Below the pieces are notes generated by a model. It was not told the DNA's origin and searched no databases. It saw nothing but the letters and a program-made list of their open reading frames with translations. From Podarcis gaigeae (lineage: Eukaryota), in assembly GCA_964106915.2 (NCBI GenBank), contig OZ066916.1: a stretch of 64,000 bases of DNA. One strand, 5' to 3'. Both the position numbers and the translations under genes were made by a program. Positions 38,761 through 51,432 of the stretch are shown here, one piece after another (the stretch's first letter is position 1; the number at the start of each line of letters is the position of its first letter).

Positions 38761-41700
38761 CCTAACTGAAGTAGCTAGGAACATAGGCAAGTCACCTAGG
38801 CCATTCTTTTGTTTCAGCTATTTAACTGCTGGGCAGCGGTATGATTCATATGGTCATCTTAAAGACCACATAATGAGTTCTGGGTCTCAAACATTGTTTA
38901 GCGGCTGTGTAAAGAATGAGAAAAATATGGGGAGATTTTCAAGATTCTAGCAGTGGAGCTTTAGGAAAACACTTGATCTGAAATGTGATGATGATGATGA
39001 TGATGATGATAATGATGATTTACAGAAAAACACATTTCATTTTTAAACCACAATTGTTAGGTGTGTGCTAAGAATCCAGTGTGTGCATGCAACAAATGCC
39101 TTTTTTCATGCATTTGTGTCTTGCAGGTTTAACTGAGAGAGAGAGCAAGAATCCATATCACAGGTTGATCCATTTACCTGTAGTGGCAAACCTGGACTTG
39201 CTTCTGTATAATGTGTGAAGTGGCTCCGAGGGAGCTAATAAGTAAAATCCAGAAATACTAGTTAGTAGAACTGGGGACTTATAACATCAGCTCCAACCAA
39301 CCAGTAGCATTTTTAGTATTATGTTTATCCTGTTTATCTGGCTTTTCTTTTCTTCTCCTTTGTCTCCAGCCAGAAGACTGCAAAGTCTAGTCTATAATTT
39401 TGGGGTATTTTGGGGAAGGAAACAACTTGCGATGCACTCGGATAATTACTGGCTGACATAAGCCACTAGCTGGCTGCATCAGAATGGGGTGGGGTGGGGG
39501 ATGAAAAGGTGCTCTTCAACACATTGAGATTGTGTATACAAGGTTCTTACTGGGTGCTAATTGCATGCAGTTACAGGATTTGTTTTTCTTAAGTGTTACC
39601 AAGCCAATGTCAAAATGATAAAAGGCAGGCAATTCTCCAGCATTGTGTATGTGCTAATTTATAAAGTGGATTAGCGCTTCTTTTCCATTTTCCTCTCTTG
39701 CTTGGGAATACAAGCAAGAAAAAAAAATTCCCAGATATGCAGATACCAATTAAAATGTTCTAAAAATGAAGACTGTGTCAGTGCCTAGAGCAGAGAGTTT
39801 CAGACTATCGCTATTTCTTAACACGTGCAAGATTGCTCTACATAGCCACTTTATGCTGAATGCACTGCAGTGTCATAAAGGATAGAGTGTTGTGTAAAGC
39901 ATTTTTTTTTTGCAGTAAGAATTGTATTGTTGATTATAAGCAATGCTACTCTTATGAAATATTTCACAGGAAATTTTGGCCTAGGGAAAAAGGGAATGGT
40001 GCACAGAAATGGGACGCTGTTCCTAATTTGGCTCCCAGTGAGAAATACATTTTGTAGATATTTAGGCCAAGTTAGTGTGGACCTCATTAGCAACAGTGGT
40101 GTGACCAAGAGCCACCCACATTTATAGCTTGAACTAGGATTAAGACACTGGCCGGTTAGCTAGTCAAATATTGCCAGATATTCCCTGAAGAACATCCTTC
40201 TGTGATGTTAGCTTATTTTTAAAATGGCATCACTGCAAGGGCAGCAGTGAGGTCCCTTTGCTTTCCAAGCCTGCGGGAATCGGGTACTGAAAACATGACA
40301 AGACCAAACTAGATAATGCTTGGAAATGTATGGTTGCATTTCACATATTGGTGCCAGGAACCAATCATTCATATGAGGATCATGTACTGCTTTCGCAATG
40401 TAAATCACTTTGGATGGGATTCACCTAATGAATCCCATCAGCAAAAGCCCAGCACTAGGGCAACATGGCTTCCCCATTCTCTACCCATGCCCCCTAAAAT
40501 TGGCTCAGGCGGGTCAGGGGCAACCACAGAACAGCACACAGGGGAGGTCTGGCAAGCTTATCAGCTTGCCTGGTGCAGGTGGAACATTTGTAGCAACACG
40601 ACAGTCCACCCATTGTCTCGAAGTTGTTCATCTTTGGGGAGAAGCTGCCACTGGTGTCAATAGCATCATCTTTCCTGTGGGAAACTAATCACTTTGGGGA
40701 TGTATGTTTTAATGTGTGTTTCATTGCATGTCATAGTCCTGTTGCTGATAGTCTCGCCAGACTTTTGCAGCTGCATTGTTCCTTTTTAGAACCAAAACAA
40801 CATGTTTTGTCTTTAGTTGCTCTGTGAGGTTTATTTGTTTAATTTCACTTTTAGAATGCAAAACTGTTTGGGCTATCCCTGGGGTTCCAGGAGAGAACTC
40901 AAGAAATACAGTCTTTGGAATTTCATTATCATGCATTTATGTTTGCATAACTTAGCCATAAATAATTGATTGCAGAGATTTAGATTGTAATGTCATTGTT
41001 TCATAACAGCAGCTAATTAACACACGTTTTAACTTAAGCTTCTCCCTTCGTCGCAGTTCTAATAATGGCCTGAATACTGTAAGTGGCCATTTTTGGACAT
41101 CAGATTAACTTGTCAGTGGATCATGTATTTTTATGGTTGGTCAAACAAACTGTAGATTCAATAAAAGCTGATGCCTGTGTTCATCAAGGCCATTTGAAAT
41201 CGTTACATGTATCTATCCACTCTCTGTGGATCTGCTCTTGACATGTACCCAGTTGTGATAGTGTATACACACACACAACACACAGAGAGACAAAGAGAGT
41301 CAGAGAGCACCACAGACAGGAGAGAATGCTTGCAATAGTTTCAAGCCTGACCAATATGGCTTTGTGAACGTTATAATGTAGCTTTACAAAGGTGCTCCTG
41401 TGCTGAAGCCATTTTTATCATTTGTGTGCTCCTCAAATCCTTTCAAGACCACAGGTAAGCAATCTTTTATTTCCTTCATCCAAAATGTAGTGTTCTTACA
41501 TGCTTTAGGATATAGACCAGCCTTAAACAAAAGCCAGCCGCATGGGAAGAACAAATGCTGAATCCAGAAAAAGCAACCCAAAGAAGTGCTCCTGCACTTG
41601 GCATAGATCTCAGGAAGATACAGCTTCATCACCATGGAGTCAAAACATTTAGCGTTTGAGTTCAGTTCAGGTTCACCAGAAAAGGAAGTTCTTCTGCTTT

Positions 41701-41907
41701 GCTGTGTCTTTGTTGTTCAGGTCAAGGATCCTTCTAAAGGACTCAGGGCACAGGCCTGTGACACAAATTTGCATATGCTAATGTATACGTATGCATGCCT
41801 CTAGGAAATTAATATGTTGGGTGACTGGGGTCTCAACAGCAGTGTGTCCAGCCACCCTATAAATAAAGAAAAACAAACAAAACATTTGATAAGGGGTAGG
41901 ATATCCA

Positions 41908-42904
41908 AAGGTAAAGGTAAAGGTACCCCTGACCATTAGGCATAGCTGTCAAGTGTCCCTTATTTGAAGGGACAGTCCCTTATTCCAGCGCCATGTCCCG
42001 CTGCTGTCCCTTATTGATGGATGTCCCTTAAATGTCCCTTAAATGATGTCCCTTAAATTTCAAAGGAAGCAGCTCCTCTCCCTCCCTCCCTGCCAGCCAG
42101 GGAGGAGGGAGGCTCCAACTGTGTTGCTTGGCTGTGTTGCTCACCCAATAAGAAGTCTAAGAACGACTGGGAGGTGGAACTTGCATGCCTTGTGTGTGGC
42201 TAGTTAATGCAAGCTGAGGAGGTTTTTGAATGCTGGACGCCATTTTGTTGCACGTGCTGCTGCAAACTTTGCAGTGCAAAGCCAGGCTGGGGAGCCATCT
42301 TAAGTTGAGGCTGCATAGGCCTTGTGGTGCATGTGATTCAGATTCTATTCAGTTGAACCTCTGGTTACAAAGTTGGTTGGACAGTGTTCTCGAAGCTACC
42401 AGCATGAGTTTGACCAGACTGCAGGAGAACAGGAAGACTGGAGTGCCTGGAACAGGTGAGGCGGCAGGTCCTTTATTTTGGCTGCTGGTCCCTTATTTTC
42501 AAGGCTGCTGGCCCCTTATTTTCAAATCTGTAAGTTGACAGCTATGCCATTAGGTCCAGTCATGGTTAGGTCCAGTCACGGACGACTCTGAGGTTGCGTG
42601 CTCATCTCACTCTATAGGCTGAGGGAGCCAGCAATTGTCCGCAGATAGCTTCCAAGTCTTGTGGCCAGGATGACTAAGCGGCTTCTGGCGAACCAGAGCA
42701 GCGCATGGAAACGTCATTTACCTTCCCACTGGAGCGGTACCTATTTATCTTCTACTTGCACTTGACGTGCTTTTGAACTGCTAAGTGGGCAGGAGCTGGG
42801 ACTGAACAATGGGAGCTAACCCAGTCACGGGGATTCAAACTGCCGCCCTTCCAATTGGCAAGCCCTAGGCTCTGTGGTTTAGACCACAGTCCCACCCGCG
42901 TCCC
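41908..42904 (-). mobile_element. Older-subfamily Sauria SINE split by a hAT MITE
   Basis: (AAAGGT)n tail at 41908-41925; the body resumes at 42547 and ends ...cccacccgcgtccc. TSD TAGGATA(T/G)CCA at 41897-41907 and 42905-42915. Confidence 0.85.
41941..42546. mobile_element. hAT non-autonomous element nested in SINE
   Basis: 12-bp TIRs CATAGCTGTCAA / TTGACAGCTATG, exact 8-bp TSD CCATTAGG (41933-41940, 42547-42554), and repeated subterminal GTCCCTTA motifs. Confidence 0.9.
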
Positions 42905-43045
42905 TAGGATAGCCATAGTCTAATGCAAAAGATCTAGGGTATGGGTCACCCCAGCAATACCCCCTGGTTCAAGTTCAGTTTGACTGTCTGCTCTGCACCC
43001 AACCAAATATCTGATTAGGCTAGGATTCTTCCAAACAGTTTTGTA

Positions 43046-43287
43046 CAGTGGTACCGCAGGTCAAGTATTTAATTCGTTCCAGAGATCTGTTCTTAACCTG
43101 AAACTGTTCTTAAACTGAAGCACCACTTTAGCTAATGGGGCCTCCTGCTGCCGCCGCGCCGCCAGAGCACAATTTCTGTTCTCATCCTGAAGCAAAGTTC
43201 TTAATCTGAAGCACTATTTCTGGGTTAGCGGAGTCTGTAACCTGAAGTGTATGTAACCTGAAGCGTATGTAACCCAAGGTACCACTG
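43046..43287. mobile_element. Tc1/mariner (Tigger-like) MITE
   Basis: TIRs CAGTGGTACC / GGTACCACTG with TA TSD on both sides; internal taacctgaa repeats. Confidence 0.85.
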
Positions 43288-46200
43288 TAATAGCATGGGA
43301 AACATTTGGGCTCTTCCATCAATACCCTTAATTCCAGGGGTTTTTATACAGTAAGACCACAGCTTATGCACATTAAACTCATGGACATTCATATTTATGT
43401 GCTTGGCAAAAATATTTTAAAAATTAAACAGGGGGTGGGCATCTGGGAAACAAGATTTTGCCAAATTCCACCTGCCATTAAACCCAATGGTTTAATGGGA
43501 TTGTGACCATACACAATCTTAGCTTTAGGTATGATTCCCAGAATGTAACTCCCATGTAAGTTGCGGGCTTTCTGTACCACTGGAATTGGTCCAAACTGAC
43601 AAAGTGATCCATGGTATCTAAAGGTCATCAGGTTAGCAACAGCTGGGATAAGGCATAGTGTGGATATAGCATTCTCAACATCTTAACCATGGCTACAACA
43701 TCACAAGGGGACAGCAAGATCATGCATACAATCACCCAGTCTCTCACTAGAATACTTCTGCCTTGCTTTAACTGTGGTTTTGTGTTATACTGGCATTAAC
43801 AACAGTTAACCACAAATGTGGTTCCCTATTAACCACAGAAGCAGCCACAAATATTGGTTTTAGAGGGTACCCTGGTTAAGGCTGCCAAAAGAAAGTGGAG
43901 GCATGATAGGAGAGAAGGGTACACATCTTTAGCTCCTAATTTTCTCCAGTGTAATCTCCTTTTAAAAGTGCTGCTTGTTTGTTGTTAACTGCTGCTGGTT
44001 TTGTTACTTTGTTTTGCACTCAGATTGCATTTTGTCCTCTTTTTAAGTTACACTTTTTAAGTGTGTGTATGAGGGGTTTCAGTTGCTTGGTTGGGGGCTA
44101 ACTGCTTATGGGTGATGCCTGCTTTTTGTTTTTTGGAGGTATGGGTGTTTTTGCTTTGGTGTGGGTTTTTTTGAGGTGGTGGTGGTTTCTGAGTATTGCC
44201 AATTTTTTCTCCTGTGAAATGGCTATTTGTGGTGTCTACATCCATTTCTTAGATTTCTAGCTGGGTCTTTGGGCTCCAAAAGGTTGGAGACTCATTAGTC
44301 TAGGACTAAGTTATGCCCCAACCTTGTCATGGACTCCATTCACACAGCAGTTATGTTTCTTCCTGCATTACATTTTAGCTTTCACATGACATAAAAGCCA
44401 TTTGCAGAAATACAGCTCTTTCCACTGTTATTTGCTTCCAGGAGAAAGGTCTGCTTGCAAATAATGCAGAAATGAGTAGTAAACTTGCATCATATTCCAC
44501 TACATTTCTGGAAGTGGCTTTTATGTTGTGTGAAAGCTCAGATATCATACAGAAATTAACAGTTAGGGAAATGTCAGGAAAACAGAATGAACTGCCATGG
44601 AAGAAACCACCTTGGTCCCATAGCAGCAAATGCCTGGTGGAGAAAAAGACAAAGCAAAAAGCTTGTAGTTTTAGAGAACATTGAAGAGACAGAAGAATAT
44701 AAAACTGTACCACCTGGGATTACTTTGCCCTAAAAAAACCAACACCCACCAGTGCCTTTGAACTCCCTTTTATAAACTGGGGCATATCATTAGCTAAGAT
44801 AATGACATTTAAAGGTTTTGTCAGTGTTTGCACTTTGTTCTTGCTGGTTGCATCACTCCTGCACAACTTTTTGAAATTTAAACTACAGCTGCTTTTTCTC
44901 CACACAATTATATACCAGGAAAAGATGAGTGTGTGATTAATCCCTCATGAATAATTGATGAGACCCATGTCGCTCTCTTTCAATTTGCAGCTTCCTTAAA
45001 AATATGCATCCATATATCCCTTTAAGATTGTCCATTGCATTGTATATATCCCACTAAGGCTGCGATCACAATGATTCCCACAATGTAGCATAAACAAGGA
45101 ACGAAGAAGAAACATGGGCAAGAGGACTTTCTAGGCCAACTGCACTATGTAGGTTTCATCCAACACTGTTGATGTGCAAGCAGAATAGGTGTCTGCCCAT
45201 GCGCTGGGACTTCGCCTTTCACTCCTCACCCTTCCAGTCATCCATGTGTCTCAAAATCATGGAGGATGCAGAGTTTGGAGATGGGTGGGGCTGCAGGGGA
45301 AGGAGAGGATGGTAAAGTCCCGTTGCATGAGTGGAAGTCTGCTCACACAATGTTGGATTCCACCATGTTAGATAGGGCACACTTGCAGAACAGGACAACC
45401 AATCTGCATTTAATTTTAATCAGTGTTCCAAAATTCAGCATGGTAGGGATTTTGCTACAGCCTCACTGTTGCGTACAGGGCTTAACACGAATCAAAGTTC
45501 ACCTGGAATAGTTCTGGGAAGCTCTAGCATTATGCTGGTCTCTGAGACACCTGATAAGAAAGCAAGATGCTTTGTAGAACATTTTGGGTTTGGAAGAGAA
45601 TACCGAATGGAAATTTCTATTCACAAGAGGTCACACTTTGGGTCTGCCTTCCATATTTGAATTTGAACTCCAGTTAGCCCCATCCAATATGGTCAACAGG
45701 CAGGGATGTTGGGAACTGGAGTCCAGTAAGTCTGGAGGGCACCAGGTTGCCGAAGGTTGGTTTAAGAAAACACTATTTTGCTTTCTCTTGTTCAGTAACT
45801 AGCTAGTACTGCATGGCCTTGCATTCCCTCCCAGCTTTCAAAGAAAGACAGTCCTTTCTGCAGTCAAATAAATCCAGAACTTTCTTTGTTCTCTGTTGGC
45901 CAAACAATTTCTCTCCAAGTTTGAGTGCACCCCCACTTCTCAAACGATTCCTCTTTGCCACCCTAGTTAACAATATCTTTGTTCCAAATGAAACTTCCCA
46001 GGAAAGACAGTCCTTTCTGCAGTCAAGTGATCCAGAGAGCCACTGTCCCCTTCTGCTGACATGGGTAAGCTCTATGGGGGGCAGATGAAGAGGGAAATAA
46101 CAGCTTCTGAGGTCACGGAGGAAACCTTGTGGGAAACTGAACCGTGGAGCACACTTTTATGCGCTCTCATTTGCAATTATTTATGACATCCCCAAATGCT

Positions 46201-46733
46201 TTCCCTCAGACTGAACCAGTATGGGAGTCTTGCGGGTCACTGCAAAAGGCTCCTATTGACCTGCCTCTGAAGAGGTCCTTGCTAATAGTCACTTGTCCAT
46301 GGCATCTGGAGACAAGGACATGGCATATACTCTAGATACTTGAATGTGAGCCAAGGCCACGGCATGTCAATTCCTATTTAAGTAGGTCCTCATCCTTCTA
46401 CTTCCTTCCCCCACCCGCTGCAGATGAATAACATAAGCAGGACCTAGGAATTTCTATGTGTGGTCCCTTGCTGATAGTCAAAGTCCTATATGCTGCTGGG
46501 GGAGCTGCAAAACCTGAGGCTCGTTTCTCACTTTCAGCCTGCTAGGTATATGTGATCAGGCCTTTAACCTGTAGAGAATTATAATTCCTTTTGCTGAATT
46601 GGTCAGAAACAAGACAGAGGCCTATGGCACATTTGTAGCTCATGCGGGTGAGCAGTCAGAAATCAAAATCACAATTGTACTATTTTAGTCCCACAGTGTC
46701 CCTTGAGAATTCAAGTAGCCTGAGCTATGGGAA

Positions 46734-46914
46734 TAGGGATATAGGAAGCTCCCTTATCAGACCAATGCTCCATCTAGTTCAGTGGACACAGATTGGCAGC
46801 AGGTGTCCAAGGATTCAGGCAGGGTTTTCTCTCAGTCCTACCTGGAGATGCCAGGGTTTGAACCTGGGATCGTCTACATGCGAGGCAGGTGCCCTACCAC
46901 TAAGCCACAGCCCT
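46734..46914 (-). mobile_element. tRNA-derived SINE
   Basis: Minus strand AGGGCTGTGGCTTAGTGGTAGGGCA...CCCAGGTTCAAACCCTGGCATCTCC; homologous to 6151-6338. Confidence 0.72.
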
Positions 46915-49676
46915 GCAGCTTTGGGAGGGGGAGTGACCTATTCTGTAGATGTGCTCCCAATCTGATTCCCAGGCACAAGGGCCGTCGTTCGGTTCCTTTG
47001 CACATGCAAGCCTAGCAGCCTGTGCGACATGGTGTGCTGGTTCCTGTGAATTGCAAAATGGAAATTATGTCCACTAATTAACACTGCTGTTGCAGCAGCA
47101 GCACATTTTTATTAGCAGGGAATTATTGTTGCTAATCCTCCTTACTAATAGTGTATAAATGTCTAGGTTTTCTGTCCTCATGTCTAAGAACTTTATATAG
47201 TTAGTATGCCGCTTCTGACTCCTTGCTGTTTTAGTACCAGTGTTAGTTGGCTGCCCTGGCTGCCCTGTGGGAGTCTTGTTGACTAACAGAGAAAGATAAG
47301 AGTCAGGCCTGCTTTTACGAATGCATACCAGCAGTGTTATTAGGGCACAAAGCCATTAAAAAAATTATTTTTAATTTTCTGTAGGGAAAGAACGAGCCAT
47401 TATGTCTCCTCACCACCTTTTCCTTACAAGGGTTTTAATTGAGGCCATTGACTGAAGAGGATTTATAGACACACACAAATCCCTCTTTTTTAAAAAAACA
47501 ACAACCAAACAGTAGAATTCCTAACATATAGAGTGCTGTATTTTAGCATATATCCCCCATTGCCATCTCTCCCTTCTAGCGGTAAATGCTTTCTGTTGCC
47601 ATGCCAACAGTTTGTTTGAAAGTTCAAAATGTGCTACACTTCATTGTCTTGGATGTGAAGGCCTTCCCCTTGTAAATGCTGTTGGTTTTCTATTCAAGTT
47701 TTATAAGAATACCTAATTGGGAAGAGCAAAATAAAGCAACGGGAGGTGGGAAACGGGGCAGAGGGGAAAGCTACCCACAATCCTGAAACAGGAGAGATAG
47801 TACCAGTCTGAAATAAAAAGAATGCACTTCTTTTATTTAAGTCTGAATACATTTTCTTTCTTTTGGGGGGGGGGTCAAAGATTCCCACGCATTCACCTCT
47901 GCCATCTTGGAGCCTATAGAAATCATGGGCTTATGAGTAGAAATGCTGGATTCCTATTTCAATGGAAAAGTCCTCAGAGCTCATTTCACTTGTTCCACTT
48001 GAACAGATGGAAGGGAGGAGAGAAATCAGGTACACGCTTCTCATTCAACAACCTTCTAAGCAGCTTGCAAAAATATGAAATAAAACAGTGAACAATATCA
48101 ATATTGTGTTGGATATCAGTTTTGGAGTGAGATTTAATGTCCAGTTCAACTGGCTTCTCTTTGTGGAAAAAGTGGATATGTGTGCCATATTGTCCTCCTT
48201 CTTAGGCAGCAAAATGTCTTGTGCCAGTCCTTGGCACCACGAAAGACTGACATGCTCATACCGCAATAAATCTGTTTCTCTTTATGGTGCTACTGGGCCC
48301 CTATTTTAAAAACAAATGCTACAGTTGTAGATTCCCCCTATACAGCAGCAGAAATATATTCATACCTAGTTTAGTTCGAGGAAAAACCAACTTAATATCA
48401 GTTAAGAATGTGAAAGTATTTATTTTTCGTTTACATCATGTGAATTATCTATGAACTATTGAAATTTTTTTTGGAGGCAATGTGTTATGACTGCAACAGT
48501 TCTAATTCTAGAATTTGGTTGAATCCAGCTAAGTTCTCCTCACTGTAGAGGCCCATTAAAACCAACAGTCTTAAATCATATCTATTCCTTTCAGTGGGTC
48601 TACTCTGAGAGTCTTTCTTACTACTGTTTGGGGGAAAATGTACTTCTTGGAAAGCAAAGTGCTTAAAAAACACCCTTATGTAATAATTTTCTAGGCCTTG
48701 CAAAGAATCAACAAATATATCCCAGTAATGTTTTGGCCATTCTTGAAGGAATGACATGAAAGACTTGGTTAACTATGAGAAATAATAAATGATAGATAGA
48801 CTGGTAATACAGATGTGGTATTGTGACAAAGCATGCTAGCATCAAAGGGACATGTATAAATAAAAGATTCACACAATGAATAAAACATGTAAATAGATTT
48901 CAGGGAAAGAATTGATGGGTTGGTGAATGGATTAAAAGAGAACCGAAAGAATGTGTATTAAATGTGTTTTGAGTACAGCAGCAGTAGTCAAATTATGCTG
49001 TGGTGGAAAATTACTTTTATAATAATCTTGGCAATTGCATGACAAAATGTAGTAGTTGAATGCATGTATTGTACCTGGGATAGCTGTGGCCTAATGCAGG
49101 GATAGGGAATTTGTGGCTGGCTAGATGCTGCTGGACTCCATGTCCCATCATCCCTGACCACTGGCCATGTTGACTGTGGCTAATGGGAGCTGGAGTCCAA
49201 CAACATCTGGAGGGTCCTTCTCTTCTGCAATTGAATTACACCAGAATCAGCATTTTCCATGGGAAGCTTCCTGTTTCTCTTCCCATTTCATCTCCCCATG
49301 TGCTTAATTACTTTTTGTAATATTTTCCATTGGGCTAAATTTGCTGTGCTTGGTTCAAAGCAAGGTAAACCCTTTACCAAGGGCAAGAGAAAACAGCTAC
49401 GGCACATTATATTTGAACTGGGATCCACACAGTCTATTGAGCATGTGGAAGGCATTTAAAAGCATGTTTGTTTCCCTCCTCCCCATTTTTGCTCATTCCC
49501 TCTCCTGCTCTACATTCCAGCTAATTCCCTGATGCTCAGGAAGGGCAAGGTGGAAGCCCCATTGGGTTTGATCCTGAGTTTCTGTCCATGAATGCAAAAG
49601 ATTCTTTTCCTGCCTTCCTTCCTCTGCAGCCCTTTTGAAAACCTTTGTTTGGAGGTTGCGGAGTCCTGGGCAATGG

Positions 49677-50612
49677 TAATAATAATTTATAATAATAATT
49701 TATTATTTATAACCCGCCCATCTGGCTGGGCCTCCCCAGCCACTCTGGGCGGCTTCCATAGAAACCAAAAATACAGTAAAATATCACACGTTAAAAACTT
49801 CCCTGAACAGGGCTACCTTAAGATGTCTTCTGAATGTCAGGTAGTTGTTTATCGCTTTGACATCTGCTGGAAGGGTGTTCCACAGGGCAGGTGCCACTCC
49901 CGAGAAGGCCCTCTGCCTGGTTCCCTGTAGCTTTGCTTCTCGCAATGAGGGAACCGCCAGAAGGCCCTCGGCGCTGGACCTCTGCGTCTGGGTAGAATGA
50001 TGGGGGTGGAGACGCTCCTTCAGGTATACTGGACCGAGGCCGTTTAGGGCTTTAAAGGTCAGCAACAACACTTTGAATTGTGCTCGGAAACGTACTGGGA
50101 GCCAATGTAGGTCTTTCAAGACTGGCGTTATATGGTCTCGGCGGCCGCTCCCAGTCACCAGTCTAGCTGCCGCATTCTGGATTAGTTGTAGTTTCCGAGT
50201 CACCTTCAAAGGTAGCCCCACGTAGAGTGCATTGCAGTAGTCCAAGCGGGAGATAACCAGAGCATGCACCACTCTGGCGAGACAGTCCGCAGGCAGATAG
50301 GGTCTCAGCCTACGTACCAGATGGAGCTGGTAAACAGCTGCCCTGGACACAGATTTGACCTGTGCCTCCATGGACAGCTGTGAGTCCAAAATGACTCCCA
50401 GGCTGCGCACCTGGTCCTTCAGGGGCACAGTTACCCCATTGAGGACCAGGGAATCCTCCACACCTGCCCGCCTCCTGTCCCCCCAAAACAGTACTTCTGT
50501 CTTGTCAGGATTCAACCTCAATCTGTTAGCCGCCATCCATCCTCCAACTGCCTCCAGACACTCACACAGGACCTTCACTGCCCTCACTGGTCCTGATTTA
50601 AAAGAGAGGTAG
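49677..50612 (-). mobile_element. 5'-truncated L2 LINE (ORF2 RT C-terminal 267+ aa plus 3' tail)
   Basis: ORF 49784..50587 has L2 motifs WMAANRLRLNPDKTE, LGVILDSQL, SRLDYCNALY, LQLIQNAAARL, HITPVLKDLHWLPV and RAFSGVAPALWN, followed by a (TTA)n-type tail. Confidence 0.93.
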
Positions 50613-50654
50613 AGGTAAGGAGGTATTGGAGATATCTATGCTATATAGACAAAT

Positions 50655-50822
50655 ATATGCTCTGCCTCCACAGTCAGAGGCAGTATGCTTCTGAGTACCA
50701 GTTGCTCTTGTGCCTGGGTGATGCTTGCAGGTTTCCCACAGGCATCTGACTGGTCACTGTAAGAACAGGATGCTGGACTAGATGGGTAATTGGTCTGAAC
50801 CAGCATTCTCAATTTATGTTCC
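50655..50822 (+). mobile_element. CR1-type LINE 3' UTR fragment
   Basis: ggcatctgactggtcactgtaagaacaggatgctggactagatgg...ggtctgaaccagc...ttatgttcct; a related reverse copy lies at about 35450-35615. Confidence 0.55.
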
Positions 50823-51200
50823 TTTTGTGTGGGAGTTGCAGACCGGGGTGTGTGTGTGGAGTTGGTGGGTTTTCTCTCCCTCCCTCTTAATGTGAATGGA
50901 GGAGCAACTTAGGATCCAAGCATTGATGTGAGACTTCTACGGAGACTTGTTGAAATCCTGCCCATAGTCTTTCATTGAGTGAAAGACATCAGATATACAT
51001 AAAAACTGAAGATAATAAATGACGGAAATGCAACTTGCCACCATCTTGCTTATATTTTAAAAAAAAATGACAACCGTTTTTTCAATATGTTTTTCCAGAA
51101 TTAGCAGCAGTAGAATTTTTTAGTATTTAAAAATTTTGGTTGCATGGGGGGGGGGGACCTGGGGGCATTTCCATAGGAACAACAAGAAGAAAATGAGTTC

Positions 51201-51432
51201 AGATTTGATATCCCACCTTTCACTCCCCTTAAGGAGTCTCAAAGCGGCTAACCATCTCCTTTCCCTTCCTCCCCCACAACAAACACTCTGTGAGGTGAGT
51301 GAGGCTGAGAGACTTCAGAGAAGTGTGACTGGCCCAAGGTCACCCAACAGCTGCATGTGGAGGAGCGGAGACACGAACCCGGTTCCCCAGATTACGAGTC
51401 CACCGCTCTTAATCACTACAGCACATTGGCTC
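51201..51432 (-). mobile_element. tRNA/CORE-type squamate SINE (Squam3-like)
   Basis: Minus strand GAGCCAATGTGCTGTAGTGATTAAGAGCGGTGGACTCGTAATCTGGGGAACCGGGTTCG, a CORE-like GTGACCTTGGGCCAGTCAC, and an L2-like tail GCCGCTTTGAG...GGGATATCAAATC. Confidence 0.75.
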
